The translations under genes were made by a program, and so were the position numbers. DNA of 64,000 nt from a bacterium (GTDB taxonomy: Bacteria > UBA10199 > 2-02-FULL-44-16 > JAAZCA01): positions 352,001-416,000 of the forward strand of contig CAXXGI010000001.1 of NCBI GenBank assembly GCA_963674695.2, read 5' to 3'. Positions 39,561-48,506 of the stretch are shown here, in pieces. The notes under the pieces are model-generated. The model ran no database searches, had not been told where the DNA came from, and was given only the letters and a program-made list of their open reading frames with translations. Numbering within the stretch: the first letter of the stretch is position 1; each line of letters starts with the position of its first letter.

Positions 39561-42314
39561 TTATTCCTCTTCTTCTTCAATGCGTGCGGATTTTACGGTG
39601 AAGGGGGCGCAGGCGATGTTGATCTCGTGGATCGTCGCATCAAACATATTGCTCACCACCCCCACGAGCGCCTTACCCTCGTCACACGTGCGCACATCGT
39701 GTCCGGATCCGTCGCGGGTCACCCCTTTCATATTCGTCCACGTCATATAGGCGGGAAGCGTTCCGAGATCAATCGTATCGGCATCCCGAAAGAACGCGAT
39801 CGGCGTGCAGCGCAGGGCCAGACCGCTCAGTCCGTGATAGCTATGACTGGTTCGCGTCTTCGAAATCGTATAGTGATCGGCGGCCACGCCCGTGGCCACA
39901 TGTCCACGCGGACAGGCCATGCGCGTTCCGGCCTCGATGTCATACAGGTTCTGCACATCCTCCGGCCCCGTCATATAGCCGTAGGTCACGTTATTGAATC
40001 CGGGCAAAAAGAATTCCCCCTCACAACGCTGCCCATTACAGCCGGTCCTCGCCGAAAAAATATCGCCGATATCCCGATAGAGCGGCATGAGGGAGGTGAC
40101 CGCATCTCGCGCCGGTTTTGCATTTCCATTCCACCATCGTTCCACCGCAATGCCTGTCATGAGCGGAAGGCCCTCATCGCGCCAGGCATCCCAATCGCCC
40201 GTTGCATCCATTTCAGCGGCACCGTCATTGCCCATCGCCCAGCCCTCGATCGCATGATCGTCCTCGACCGCCAACTCGACCGTCCAGGAGGGATATTTCT
40301 CCTCGTTTTGAATGGGGCGGCACTTGAGCCCCAGGTTGTGGATCATCGTGTCGCCCTCATCCACATATCCCCAGATACCGCTGGCCACGCCCTCCTCGCA
40401 GGAACTGCGATAGCGGGTCGAGAGCCAGTGCGCACAGAACTGCCCCTGGCATTCGGCGCGCTCCTCGATCGGATCGGCCGGTTTGGCGCGATGATCGTCG
40501 TCGCGTCCGCGATCGGCAAGCGTCCCGACGGGCTTGAGAAAGAGGGAGAAGGTCTCGCCGGTGAAGGGGGCCTCCTGCTGCGCGTCATTGATGCGCACGC
40601 GACCGTGGCCGTCCACAGCGATGCACTCGATGCCGAGCGCACCGACGTTGCGTCCGCCGCTGGAATACCCCTTCGTCGCGAAGAGGCGCGAGACGGCATA
40701 GCCCAAGGGGCACAGGCGCGTCTGCTCGCTGCGGCGACTGTCATCGGCATCATCCTGGCCGACAAAAGCGAGCGTATCGTTGCTTCCCACGAGCCCGCCC
40801 TTGCCGTCCTTCGCTTCAAAGCGCGGGGTCCACGACTTACAGACCGGCGCGATGCCGTCGATATCGCCGCCATTGATGAATTTGAATCCGATCAGGAGTT
40901 GTCCATCCGGGCAGGAGGCATCGAAGCGCTTCTTTCCCTCGTTGCTGCCACCGACCGTACTCGGCGCGGTCTCCTCTTCGCCGAGCGCGAGGACGTTGTC
41001 GATCTTCCACTGAGCGAGGCTTTCCTGCAACGCCTTGCACCCCTCATCCCATCCGACCACATCCTGCGCGTGCGCACCCTTGGGATCGAAACGCTGATAC
41101 TGCTTGCCGATCGCATCCGCCTGCATCACCAGGCTCGCGCGCTTGGCCGTGCATTCGCCGATGGCCGTCGTCTCGTCGTTCGGCTTGCCATAAAACCCCT
41201 TCCACGCCTCAAGGATATCGTCCTGTGCGCGAAGCGCCTCGTTGCACTGATCATCCGCCTTCTGCTCGCACCCATCGGTGCGATGATTGGTCTCATCCTT
41301 GACGGTCGTCTCCAGCGCTTCGAGCGCGGCCTTCTCGATTGTGAGATCAGCCAGCCGCGTCTCGAGCCCGGCGCAGGCCGAGCCGTCGTCGGAGAGCGCT
41401 GGCGCCGCTTCCACCTCGGCGATCGTCACCGACATGCCAGAAAACCGCGGAAGTTCCGTGGGCAATGCAGTGAGGCTCGAACGCTGTGCCTCGCATGCGA
41501 TCACCGTGCGTTCGGCCGAAATGGGATGTTCCTGCTTGAGCAGACGTCTCCCGCCCATGATCCAGACAAAGGCATACTCCTTGGCATCGTCCCAACGTTG
41601 CGGCTGATGGCACGCGCTCACCTCTTGCGAGGAAACCGCCTTCTGAAACGGCTCGAAGTAGATATCGTCCGCGATGCGATCCCAATCCTGCATCACCCGT
41701 CCGAAACGCATGCCCACCTGCTCAAAACGCGCATCCGTCTCGCGCACCGTCTCGACGATGCGCGCACCGATCTCGGCGAGCGCGTGGCGATCCCAGCAGT
41801 CGTCGCCCTTGCTCGCGCCCATGACGCACTCGGGGAGCATCGCATCGCCCTGTTCACAGCGCCCAAGTTTTGCGGCCAGTTCGGCGATCTCCTCTTTTGA
41901 AGCCTCATGACTGCGAATCGTTCCGGAGGCCAGGATCTCGCTGCAGGAACGCGCAGCGCAGGCCACATCGCGCTTGGCCACCAGGCCGTCGGCGGCGAAG
42001 AGCTGTTCGCGCAAATCGGCGACATCGCCTTCGAGTTCCTCGACATCGCCGCGCATGCGTTCGCAGCGGCGGACCCCGGCTTCGTCGTCGTCATCGTCAT
42101 CGATGACATCATCGTCGTCATCGTCACCGAGATCGACCGTTCCCGGCTCACCGCAGAGCGGACCGACGCAGAGATCGGGGGCATCGATGACGATGGTGTC
42201 GTCAGAGATATCCAGGCCGAGATCACCCTCGCCGCCGACACCGTTTCCGGCGCTACAGGCTGAGAGCAGGGTCAAAGAGAGGACGAAGAGAAAGAGAATG
42301 ACGAGTTGCCGCAT
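39561..42314 (-). CDS. Giant Cys-rich lipoprotein, paralogue 1 (helical stalk plus beta-prism/lectin-like repeats)
   Basis: Lipobox LSAC, acidic linker, repeated CPxGxxxxG motifs. Confidence 0.8.
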   Translation of the reverse strand: MRQLVILFLFVLSLTLLSACSAGNGVGGEGDLGLDISDDTIVIDAPDLCVGPLCGEPGTVDLGDDDDDDVIDDDDDDEAGVRRCERMRGDVEELEGDVADLREQLFAADGLVAKRDVACAARSCSEILASGTIRSHEASKEEIAELAAKLGRCEQGDAMLPECVMGASKGDDCWDRHALAEIGARIVETVRETDARFEQVGMRFGRVMQDWDRIADDIYFEPFQKAVSSQEVSACHQPQRWDDAKEYAFVWIMGGRRLLKQEHPISAERTVIACEAQRSSLTALPTELPRFSGMSVTIAEVEAAPALSDDGSACAGLETRLADLTIEKAALEALETTVKDETNHRTDGCEQKADDQCNEALRAQDDILEAWKGFYGKPNDETTAIGECTAKRASLVMQADAIGKQYQRFDPKGAHAQDVVGWDEGCKALQESLAQWKIDNVLALGEEETAPSTVGGSNEGKKRFDASCPDGQLLIGFKFINGGDIDGIAPVCKSWTPRFEAKDGKGGLVGSNDTLAFVGQDDADDSRRSEQTRLCPLGYAVSRLFATKGYSSGGRNVGALGIECIAVDGHGRVRINDAQQEAPFTGETFSLFLKPVGTLADRGRDDDHRAKPADPIEERAECQGQFCAHWLSTRYRSSCEEGVASGIWGYVDEGDTMIHNLGLKCRPIQNEEKYPSWTVELAVEDDHAIEGWAMGNDGAAEMDATGDWDAWRDEGLPLMTGIAVERWWNGNAKPARDAVTSLMPLYRDIGDIFSARTGCNGQRCEGEFFLPGFNNVTYGYMTGPEDVQNLYDIEAGTRMACPRGHVATGVAADHYTISKTRTSHSYHGLSGLALRCTPIAFFRDADTIDLGTLPAYMTWTNMKGVTRDGSGHDVRTCDEGKALVGVVSNMFDATIHEINIACAPFTVKSARIEEEEE

Positions 42315-42334
42315 AGGAATTTCCTCCATTCCTA

Positions 42335-42397
42335 TTATCGGCTGTAGGGGGGTGCAGAAGTGCCTTGAAACGGGGAAAGCGTGGACGAAAGAGAACA
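42335..42397 (-). promoter_or_regulatory. Composite promoter: box 42380-42397, N37, GCCGATAA 42335-42342
   Basis: + strand box CGTGGACGAAAGAGAACA. Confidence 0.65.
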
Positions 42398-42453
42398 AAA
42401 TTCCCCAATGATTTCAAGGATACTATTTAGAATGGACGAGGAGAACCGCGTCC

Positions 42454-45252
42454 TCACTCATCGTCATCCGCATGAACCGTGATGTCCAGATTGGCGCAGT
42501 GCATCTGGACCTGATAGACGAAATCGTTGCACCAGTTGCCCGTGAGGCCGTAGGCCACCTGGTCTTCATCACAAGACCCATTGTATTGTGTCTCGGAACC
42601 GAGCGACGTCGCCGCGCCATATTCCACACCATGCATGCTCGTCCAGACCTGCAGGCTGTCCTTTTTGGCGAGGACGATTCCCTTCTTTCGATTCCACACC
42701 AGGGGACTGCACTTGAGCGCCGCACCGCGCATGCCGCTGAAACGAGGCTCTTCCTGACGGTTGTTGCCGCTGACGGCGATGCCCGTCACCAAGTGCCCTG
42801 GGGGACAGGCGATCTCTGCACCCTTTGTGGAGTAATCGATCGCGTTGTCGATCGCATCGACGCCGATCAGGAGACTGTCATCCCAAAGATCATTTTCATC
42901 GAGCATATCGCGGCCAACGAGATCAGCCAACACACGCGGCTCCTCTTCAAAGAGGTTTGTCTTACGATAGAGCGGTGCAACTTGCTTCAACGCCCGACGT
43001 CGATAGTTTCCCCATGTTGCTGTCACATGCCACCGAGCACTGATGCCGATCAAACCCCGAAGCAGCGGATAGGACTCATCATCATCCATCAGGTTATCGA
43101 TGGCACTGATCCATGTACTTCCATCATCACCCTTCGCCGTTCCCAGCCATGGCGTCGCGCTCACCGTTCCACTCGCCGCCACGGTGATCTCGCGCACCGG
43201 CCAGACATCGTTGCTCTCATTGACAAATGAACGACAACGCAACGCGAGCCACCGCACCATGCTCTCCTCGCGTTCAACGACATCGATCCCGGCAGCAACG
43301 CCGTTCTCACAACGGCTGGCAAAGCGCGTATCGACCCAGTGCGCACAGAAAACCCCGTTACAATCGGAACGCTCATGGATAGCACCGCTTTGATATGAAT
43401 AATCATCCACACGATTGCTACCCTCTTTTTTATTCAACCAGACATGATGACCGTTGGCACCTTCATCGTTGTCCATTGCCCCTGCCGGACCGATGAAGAC
43501 GACCAGCGGCGAGGTCGTGCTCGCGCCATTTGCCTTCACGCGAATGCGACCGTAGCCATCGACGGCCACGCACTCGAGGGCGAGCGAACCGACGTTGCGG
43601 CCATGCGCATACTTTCCGCTGGTCATATAGAGCGAGCGAACGACATAGTCTTTCGGACAATAGAGCGATTCTTCATGCTGCCCCTCGGTCTCACCGTAAT
43701 AGGTACCACGCTCCCGGAAGGCGGAGAGCCCATCGCCATAGAGAAGCCCTTCTCCTTCACCCTCTCGCCACTGACGATAGACCGGCTGCAGGCCATCGAT
43801 ATCGCCAGTACCGTCTTCGCCCACCTGCAGACGAAATCCAATGAGGAGAGCATCATCCGCTTCGGGCTCGTCGATCTTCTTCACCAATCCCGATGGATAG
43901 GGGAGGCTCTCGGTCGTAACGGGGAGCGGCTTCACCTCTCCCAGCCGGACGAGGGTTCTGTCTTTCCACGTCTTGAGCGTACCCGCGAGGCGCTCGCACC
44001 CCGCCTCCCAACCGCTTACCCCTGTAGCGAGTTCACCCTTGGGATCGAAATTGTGATACAGCTCTCCCATCGCCGCGGCCTTCAGCCTGAGATCCTTGCG
44101 CTTGACTATGCACTCGTCGCTGGCCTCTCCATAATACCCATCCCACGCTTCATAGATATCTTCCTGCGCACGAAACGCCACGTCACACTGATCCTCAGCC
44201 TTCCGCTCACACCCATCGGTGTGATCATTGGTCTCATCCTTGACGGTCGTTTCGAGCGTTTCGAGCGCGGCCTTCTCGATCTCGAGATTGGCCAGCCTCG
44301 TCTCGAGGCCCGCGCAGGCCGAGCCATCGTCTTCGAGCGTCGGGGCCAGCTCCACCTCGGCAGTCGTCACCGCCATGCCGGAAAAACGCGGGAGCTCCGT
44401 GGGCAGGGGCGGAAGGGAATCGAATTCTGTCTTTTTCACCACCGCCATGCGTTCGGGAGGAATCGGTTGATCCTTGAAGGCATGCCCTGCCATGACCCAC
44501 GTAAAGAGATCCTGCTTGGCCATGCTCCAATCCTTTTTCTGATAGCAGGCGCTGATCTTTTCTTTCGAAACGTCGCTTTCGAATGTAGTAAAATAGGGGT
44601 CGGCGGAAATCACATTCCACTTTTCTTGGCTCGACCCAAACGCATCTCCGATTTTTTCGAACCGACCATCCGTCTCATTTCTCGTCTCGATGAAGCGCTC
44701 GCCGATCTCTACAAGCGAGTGGTGATCCCAACAGTCATCATTCTTCCCTGCACCCATCGGACAGGCGGCGATGCTCTCATCGCCCTGCTCACAGAGCGCG
44801 AATGTTGTCTTCAACTCCGCAATATCCTCCTTCGATGCTTCATAGCTGCGGAGCGTCCCGGAGGCGAGGATCTCGCTGCAGGAGCGCGCGGCACACTCCG
44901 CATCGCGCTTGGCCACGAGGCCATCGGCGGCGAAGAGCTGTTCACGCAAATCCGCGATATCGCCTTCGATATCTTCGACATCGCCGCGCATGCGTTCGCA
45001 GCGGCGCAGTTCTTCTTCGGGATCGTCAGGATTGTCCGGATCGTCAGGATTGTCCGGATCGTCAGGATTATCGGGGTCGTCAGGGTCGCCGCAGAGCGGG
45101 CCGACGCAGATATCGGGAGGGTCGATGATGATGTTGTCGTCGGGGCCGTCGAGACCGAGGTCGCCCTTGCCGCCGACACCGTTTCCGGCGCTACAGGCTG
45201 AGAGCAGGGTCAAAGAGAGGACGAAGAGAAAGAGAATGACGAGTTGCCGCAT
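42454..45252 (-). CDS. Giant Cys-rich lipoprotein, paralogue 2
   Basis: First 28 aa identical to paralogue 1; PDNPDD repeat linker. Confidence 0.8.
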   Translation of the reverse strand: MRQLVILFLFVLSLTLLSACSAGNGVGGKGDLGLDGPDDNIIIDPPDICVGPLCGDPDDPDNPDDPDNPDDPDNPDDPEEELRRCERMRGDVEDIEGDIADLREQLFAADGLVAKRDAECAARSCSEILASGTLRSYEASKEDIAELKTTFALCEQGDESIAACPMGAGKNDDCWDHHSLVEIGERFIETRNETDGRFEKIGDAFGSSQEKWNVISADPYFTTFESDVSKEKISACYQKKDWSMAKQDLFTWVMAGHAFKDQPIPPERMAVVKKTEFDSLPPLPTELPRFSGMAVTTAEVELAPTLEDDGSACAGLETRLANLEIEKAALETLETTVKDETNDHTDGCERKAEDQCDVAFRAQEDIYEAWDGYYGEASDECIVKRKDLRLKAAAMGELYHNFDPKGELATGVSGWEAGCERLAGTLKTWKDRTLVRLGEVKPLPVTTESLPYPSGLVKKIDEPEADDALLIGFRLQVGEDGTGDIDGLQPVYRQWREGEGEGLLYGDGLSAFRERGTYYGETEGQHEESLYCPKDYVVRSLYMTSGKYAHGRNVGSLALECVAVDGYGRIRVKANGASTTSPLVVFIGPAGAMDNDEGANGHHVWLNKKEGSNRVDDYSYQSGAIHERSDCNGVFCAHWVDTRFASRCENGVAAGIDVVEREESMVRWLALRCRSFVNESNDVWPVREITVAASGTVSATPWLGTAKGDDGSTWISAIDNLMDDDESYPLLRGLIGISARWHVTATWGNYRRRALKQVAPLYRKTNLFEEEPRVLADLVGRDMLDENDLWDDSLLIGVDAIDNAIDYSTKGAEIACPPGHLVTGIAVSGNNRQEEPRFSGMRGAALKCSPLVWNRKKGIVLAKKDSLQVWTSMHGVEYGAATSLGSETQYNGSCDEDQVAYGLTGNWCNDFVYQVQMHCANLDITVHADDDE
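45020..45087. repeat. In-frame 18-bp repeat encoding (PDNPDD)n
   Basis: GGATCGTCAGGATTGTCC repeated with variants. Confidence 0.85.
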
Positions 45253-45272
45253 AGGAAGAACCTCCATTCCTA

Positions 45273-45336
45273 TTATCGGCTGCAACGGGGGCAGGAGGTG
45301 TGCGCGGGCACCAAAAACCGTTCACTTATGAGTACG
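45273..45336 (-). promoter_or_regulatory. Composite promoter: box 45319-45336, N38, GCCGATAA 45273-45280
   Basis: + strand box CGTTCACTTATGAGTACG. Confidence 0.6.
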
Positions 45337-45497
45337 CAGAAAGAAAACAATATCGGGAGGTTTCATTACTCCTGTCGCTTGCGGGGTTCAGAATATCCGT
45401 CACCATCCACATGACCCGGCGGGTCAGCTGACCTTGACGCTCCAGTCCTCGAATTGCTTCCGATAGGTTTCATACCCGGATTTTCCCTGGATGGGCG

Positions 45498-48254
45498 CTA
45501 TTCTTCCGGATCGGCCCAGGAGGTGGCCTTGATCGTGAGCGGAGCGCAGACGGCAGAGACCCTTCGCACAAACGCATCGGTGCGATTACCCACGATACCC
45601 ACGACCACCTCATCATCGTTTTCGCAGATTTCCTCCCACTGAGCATCACCGTCCTCGCTCGTTCCCTTCATGCTCGTCCAGGTCATATACTTCTTCGCGT
45701 CTCCCTGTTTAATCGCATCGGAATCCTTGAAATACGCGATCGGTGTACACCGCAGCGCAACCCCTCGAGTCTGTGTCAGCATATATCTTCCCCTATAACG
45801 TTTCCCCGCAATGCCGGTGACGACATGACCGGCCGGGCAGGAGATTTTGGTCCCCCAATCGTTCAGCCGATCCACATCCCCATTGTCATAGTTCGTCATG
45901 CTGTTGACAAAACTGGGGATGATCATTTCACCAAAGCAGAGCGGATCGTCCGAGCCCCCGCAGATCACGCCATCAACGAACAGATCCCGAGGTTGCCGAA
46001 AAACGGGCGTCAAAAAAGAGACCGCATATTCCCCAGATGAATTCGATCCACTCACATCCTTTTCCATACGAGACACACGGATACCGGTCACGACGGGACT
46101 TCCCTCCCCTTCCCAGGCATCCCAATCGGGCTCGACCGTCTTCTTGATCTTCTCTTGTTTTTCAAAAAACACTTTTTCCACATTGTACCGCTCCGCACTC
46201 TCATCGACCTTGATCTCGACGGACCATGACTTGTATTTTCCCTCGTTCTCGAACGGACGGCAGTTGAGCCAGAGTTCATGGATGCGCGTATCCTTCTCAT
46301 TCGTGTAGCCATGGAGACCGGTCGCAACGCCGTCTTCGCACGCGCTCTGAAATCGCGTGAGCGGCCAGTGGGCACAGAACTGCCCATAACAATCCTCGCG
46401 ATCCTTGATCAACTTACTCGCCCGATCATCAGGATGGGTATCATCGCCGACTTTTCCGACCGGGGTCAGGTGGAGCGTGAGGAATTTCCCCGTATCATAG
46501 TCATCTTCATCCGCGGCATGGAGGCGCACGCGACCATGGCCATCGATGGCCACGCACTGGGCCGCGAGCGAGCCGACGTTGCGACCAGAACCGGAGTGTC
46601 CCTTGGTCATGAAGATACGGCTGATCGCGTATCCGGCCGGGCAACGCATCTGCGAAGAGGACTGCCCGTCTTTTTTCTTCTGACGACCGAACGATCCCCC
46701 CGATGTCCGCTCTCCCACCAGACCGCCGATACCGTCTTCGCTCTCCATCGCGGGAATCCAGTCCTGATAAATAGGCGTCACACCGGTGAGATCGCCCCCG
46801 CTCCAGAGGTCGAAGCCGACGAGGACTCGGTTGCTGACGGCATTTGTCACAAAATGCGTCCACTCCACCCGATCCCCTGCCTGTGGGTGCCAATTCGGAT
46901 CGCCGGTGGAGGTGCGATTCTCCTCGCCCAGCCGAAGGACGTTGTCCTTCTTCCAGACCTCAAACTCCTTCTTCATCAGCGCACAACTCGTCAACCCATC
47001 CTGCATCGCTGAAGCGATATCGCCCGTCGACGCGAACAACAGATACTTCTCGCCAACCTGTGCGGCCTTCTCCACGAGCGCGCTGCGCTTGACCATGCAC
47101 CCACCGATGGCAGTCGTCTCGTCCTTGCGCTTCCCATAAAACGTCTTCCACGCCTCATAGATATCGTCCTGCGCGCGCAACGCCTCGTTGCACTGATCCT
47201 CCGCCTTCCGCTTGCAGCCATTTTCACGACCGTTCGTTTCATCTTTGACCGCATCCTGCAGATTTTTCAGTGCCGTCTTCTCCGCCTCGAGATTCGCCAG
47301 CCGCGTCTCGAGCCCTTCACAGGCCGAGCCATCGTCGAAGAGTGCTCGCGCCGCTGCAACCAAAGCGGGTGCGACCGCAATGCCACCAAACTGAGGAAGA
47401 ACCTCTGGAGGCACGGGGAGAGAGGAACTCGCCACGGATGTCTGTTCCGCTGCAATCGGATGGGCATCGACCCGGCGCAGAAGCGACCGGCCTCCGACGA
47501 GCTCTGTTCCGATACCACCCCGTCTTTCCGTGTCGAGGCAGGCATCGATATGCGCGGAATCGCTCGCATTGCGAAAGGCTTCGAGATAGCCGTCCGCCCG
47601 GATGTCATCCTCTTGGTCGGCCAAGAGGGTGTAGACCTTCGCCTGGGCCTGAACGCGCGGTTCGGTCTTTTTTGCGACCCGGCCGATCTCGGTGGCGATC
47701 CCTGAGAGCGAATAGTGATCCCAGCAATCGTCCTTGCCGTTGGCACCCATGGTGCATTTGGAAATGCTCGCATCGCCCTTTTCACAGCGCCCAAACTCCG
47801 CGGCCAGATCGGCGATTTTCTCTTTCGAGGCCTCATGGCTCCGGATCGTCCCGGAGGCCACAATCGCTTCACAGGAGCGCGCGCTACAAGTTGCATCGCG
47901 CTGGGCCACGAGACCGTCGGCCGCAAAGAGGCGTTCGCGCAGATCCGCGACATCGCCTTCGATCTCCTCGACATCGTCGCGCATCGCCTCGCAGCGGCGG
48001 ACCTCAACTTCGGCCTCTTCCGCTTCATCCTCAACATCATTGTCGACATCAGCATCGTCAGCATCACCATCATCATCGTTCTCGTCATCGCTGCAAAGCG
48101 GGCCGACGCAGAGATCGGGGCCATCGACGATGATACTATCGTCGGGACCATCGAGGACGAGGTCCCCCTCGCCATCGACGCCATTTCCGGCGCTGCAGGC
48201 GGAGAAAGCGATAATCATGAACGTGATGAGGATGAGGGAGGAGATATTCCGCAT
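45498..48254 (-). CDS. Giant Cys-rich lipoprotein, paralogue 3 (probably leaderless mRNA)
   Basis: Lipobox FSAC; ATG 7 nt after GCCGATAA with no SD. Confidence 0.8.
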   Translation of the reverse strand: MRNISSLILITFMIIAFSACSAGNGVDGEGDLVLDGPDDSIIVDGPDLCVGPLCSDDENDDDGDADDADVDNDVEDEAEEAEVEVRRCEAMRDDVEEIEGDVADLRERLFAADGLVAQRDATCSARSCEAIVASGTIRSHEASKEKIADLAAEFGRCEKGDASISKCTMGANGKDDCWDHYSLSGIATEIGRVAKKTEPRVQAQAKVYTLLADQEDDIRADGYLEAFRNASDSAHIDACLDTERRGGIGTELVGGRSLLRRVDAHPIAAEQTSVASSSLPVPPEVLPQFGGIAVAPALVAAARALFDDGSACEGLETRLANLEAEKTALKNLQDAVKDETNGRENGCKRKAEDQCNEALRAQDDIYEAWKTFYGKRKDETTAIGGCMVKRSALVEKAAQVGEKYLLFASTGDIASAMQDGLTSCALMKKEFEVWKKDNVLRLGEENRTSTGDPNWHPQAGDRVEWTHFVTNAVSNRVLVGFDLWSGGDLTGVTPIYQDWIPAMESEDGIGGLVGERTSGGSFGRQKKKDGQSSSQMRCPAGYAISRIFMTKGHSGSGRNVGSLAAQCVAIDGHGRVRLHAADEDDYDTGKFLTLHLTPVGKVGDDTHPDDRASKLIKDREDCYGQFCAHWPLTRFQSACEDGVATGLHGYTNEKDTRIHELWLNCRPFENEGKYKSWSVEIKVDESAERYNVEKVFFEKQEKIKKTVEPDWDAWEGEGSPVVTGIRVSRMEKDVSGSNSSGEYAVSFLTPVFRQPRDLFVDGVICGGSDDPLCFGEMIIPSFVNSMTNYDNGDVDRLNDWGTKISCPAGHVVTGIAGKRYRGRYMLTQTRGVALRCTPIAYFKDSDAIKQGDAKKYMTWTSMKGTSEDGDAQWEEICENDDEVVVGIVGNRTDAFVRRVSAVCAPLTIKATSWADPEE

Positions 48255-48261
48255 GTTAGGA

Positions 48262-48324
48262 TTATCGGCAGGCCGGGGGGGCAAAGGTGCCGCGAAACGG
48301 AGATACCGTGGACAGAAGAGAACG
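48262..48324 (-). promoter_or_regulatory. Composite promoter: box 48307-48324, N37, GCCGATAA 48262-48269
   Basis: + strand box CGTGGACAGAAGAGAACG. Confidence 0.65.
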
Positions 48325-48506
48325 AATTTCCTGAATCATTTCAAGGTTACTCGATAGAACTGACCGACGGAAAAAAGAGGCGAGAACGTGACAGCATTGA
48401 AATGGAGGTTGACGGATCGGGCAGGCGCATGCTACCCCGACGCCACTAATCAGCTTAGAATTCAAGTGTTTACAACGTTTTGGATTTTATAAACGAAGGA
48501 GGCATC

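Noticed and set aside
39417-41900. 827-aa + strand ORF and other long antisense ORFs (4281-5810, 5820-7550, 34981-36651, 43444-45201, 52821-54515)
   Set aside because: Shadow frames of real genes in high-GC DNA; no motifs or RBS.
39561-48254. Diversity-generating retroelement behind the variable lipoproteins
   Set aside because: No reverse transcriptase and no adenine-specific TR/VR pair seen in the window.
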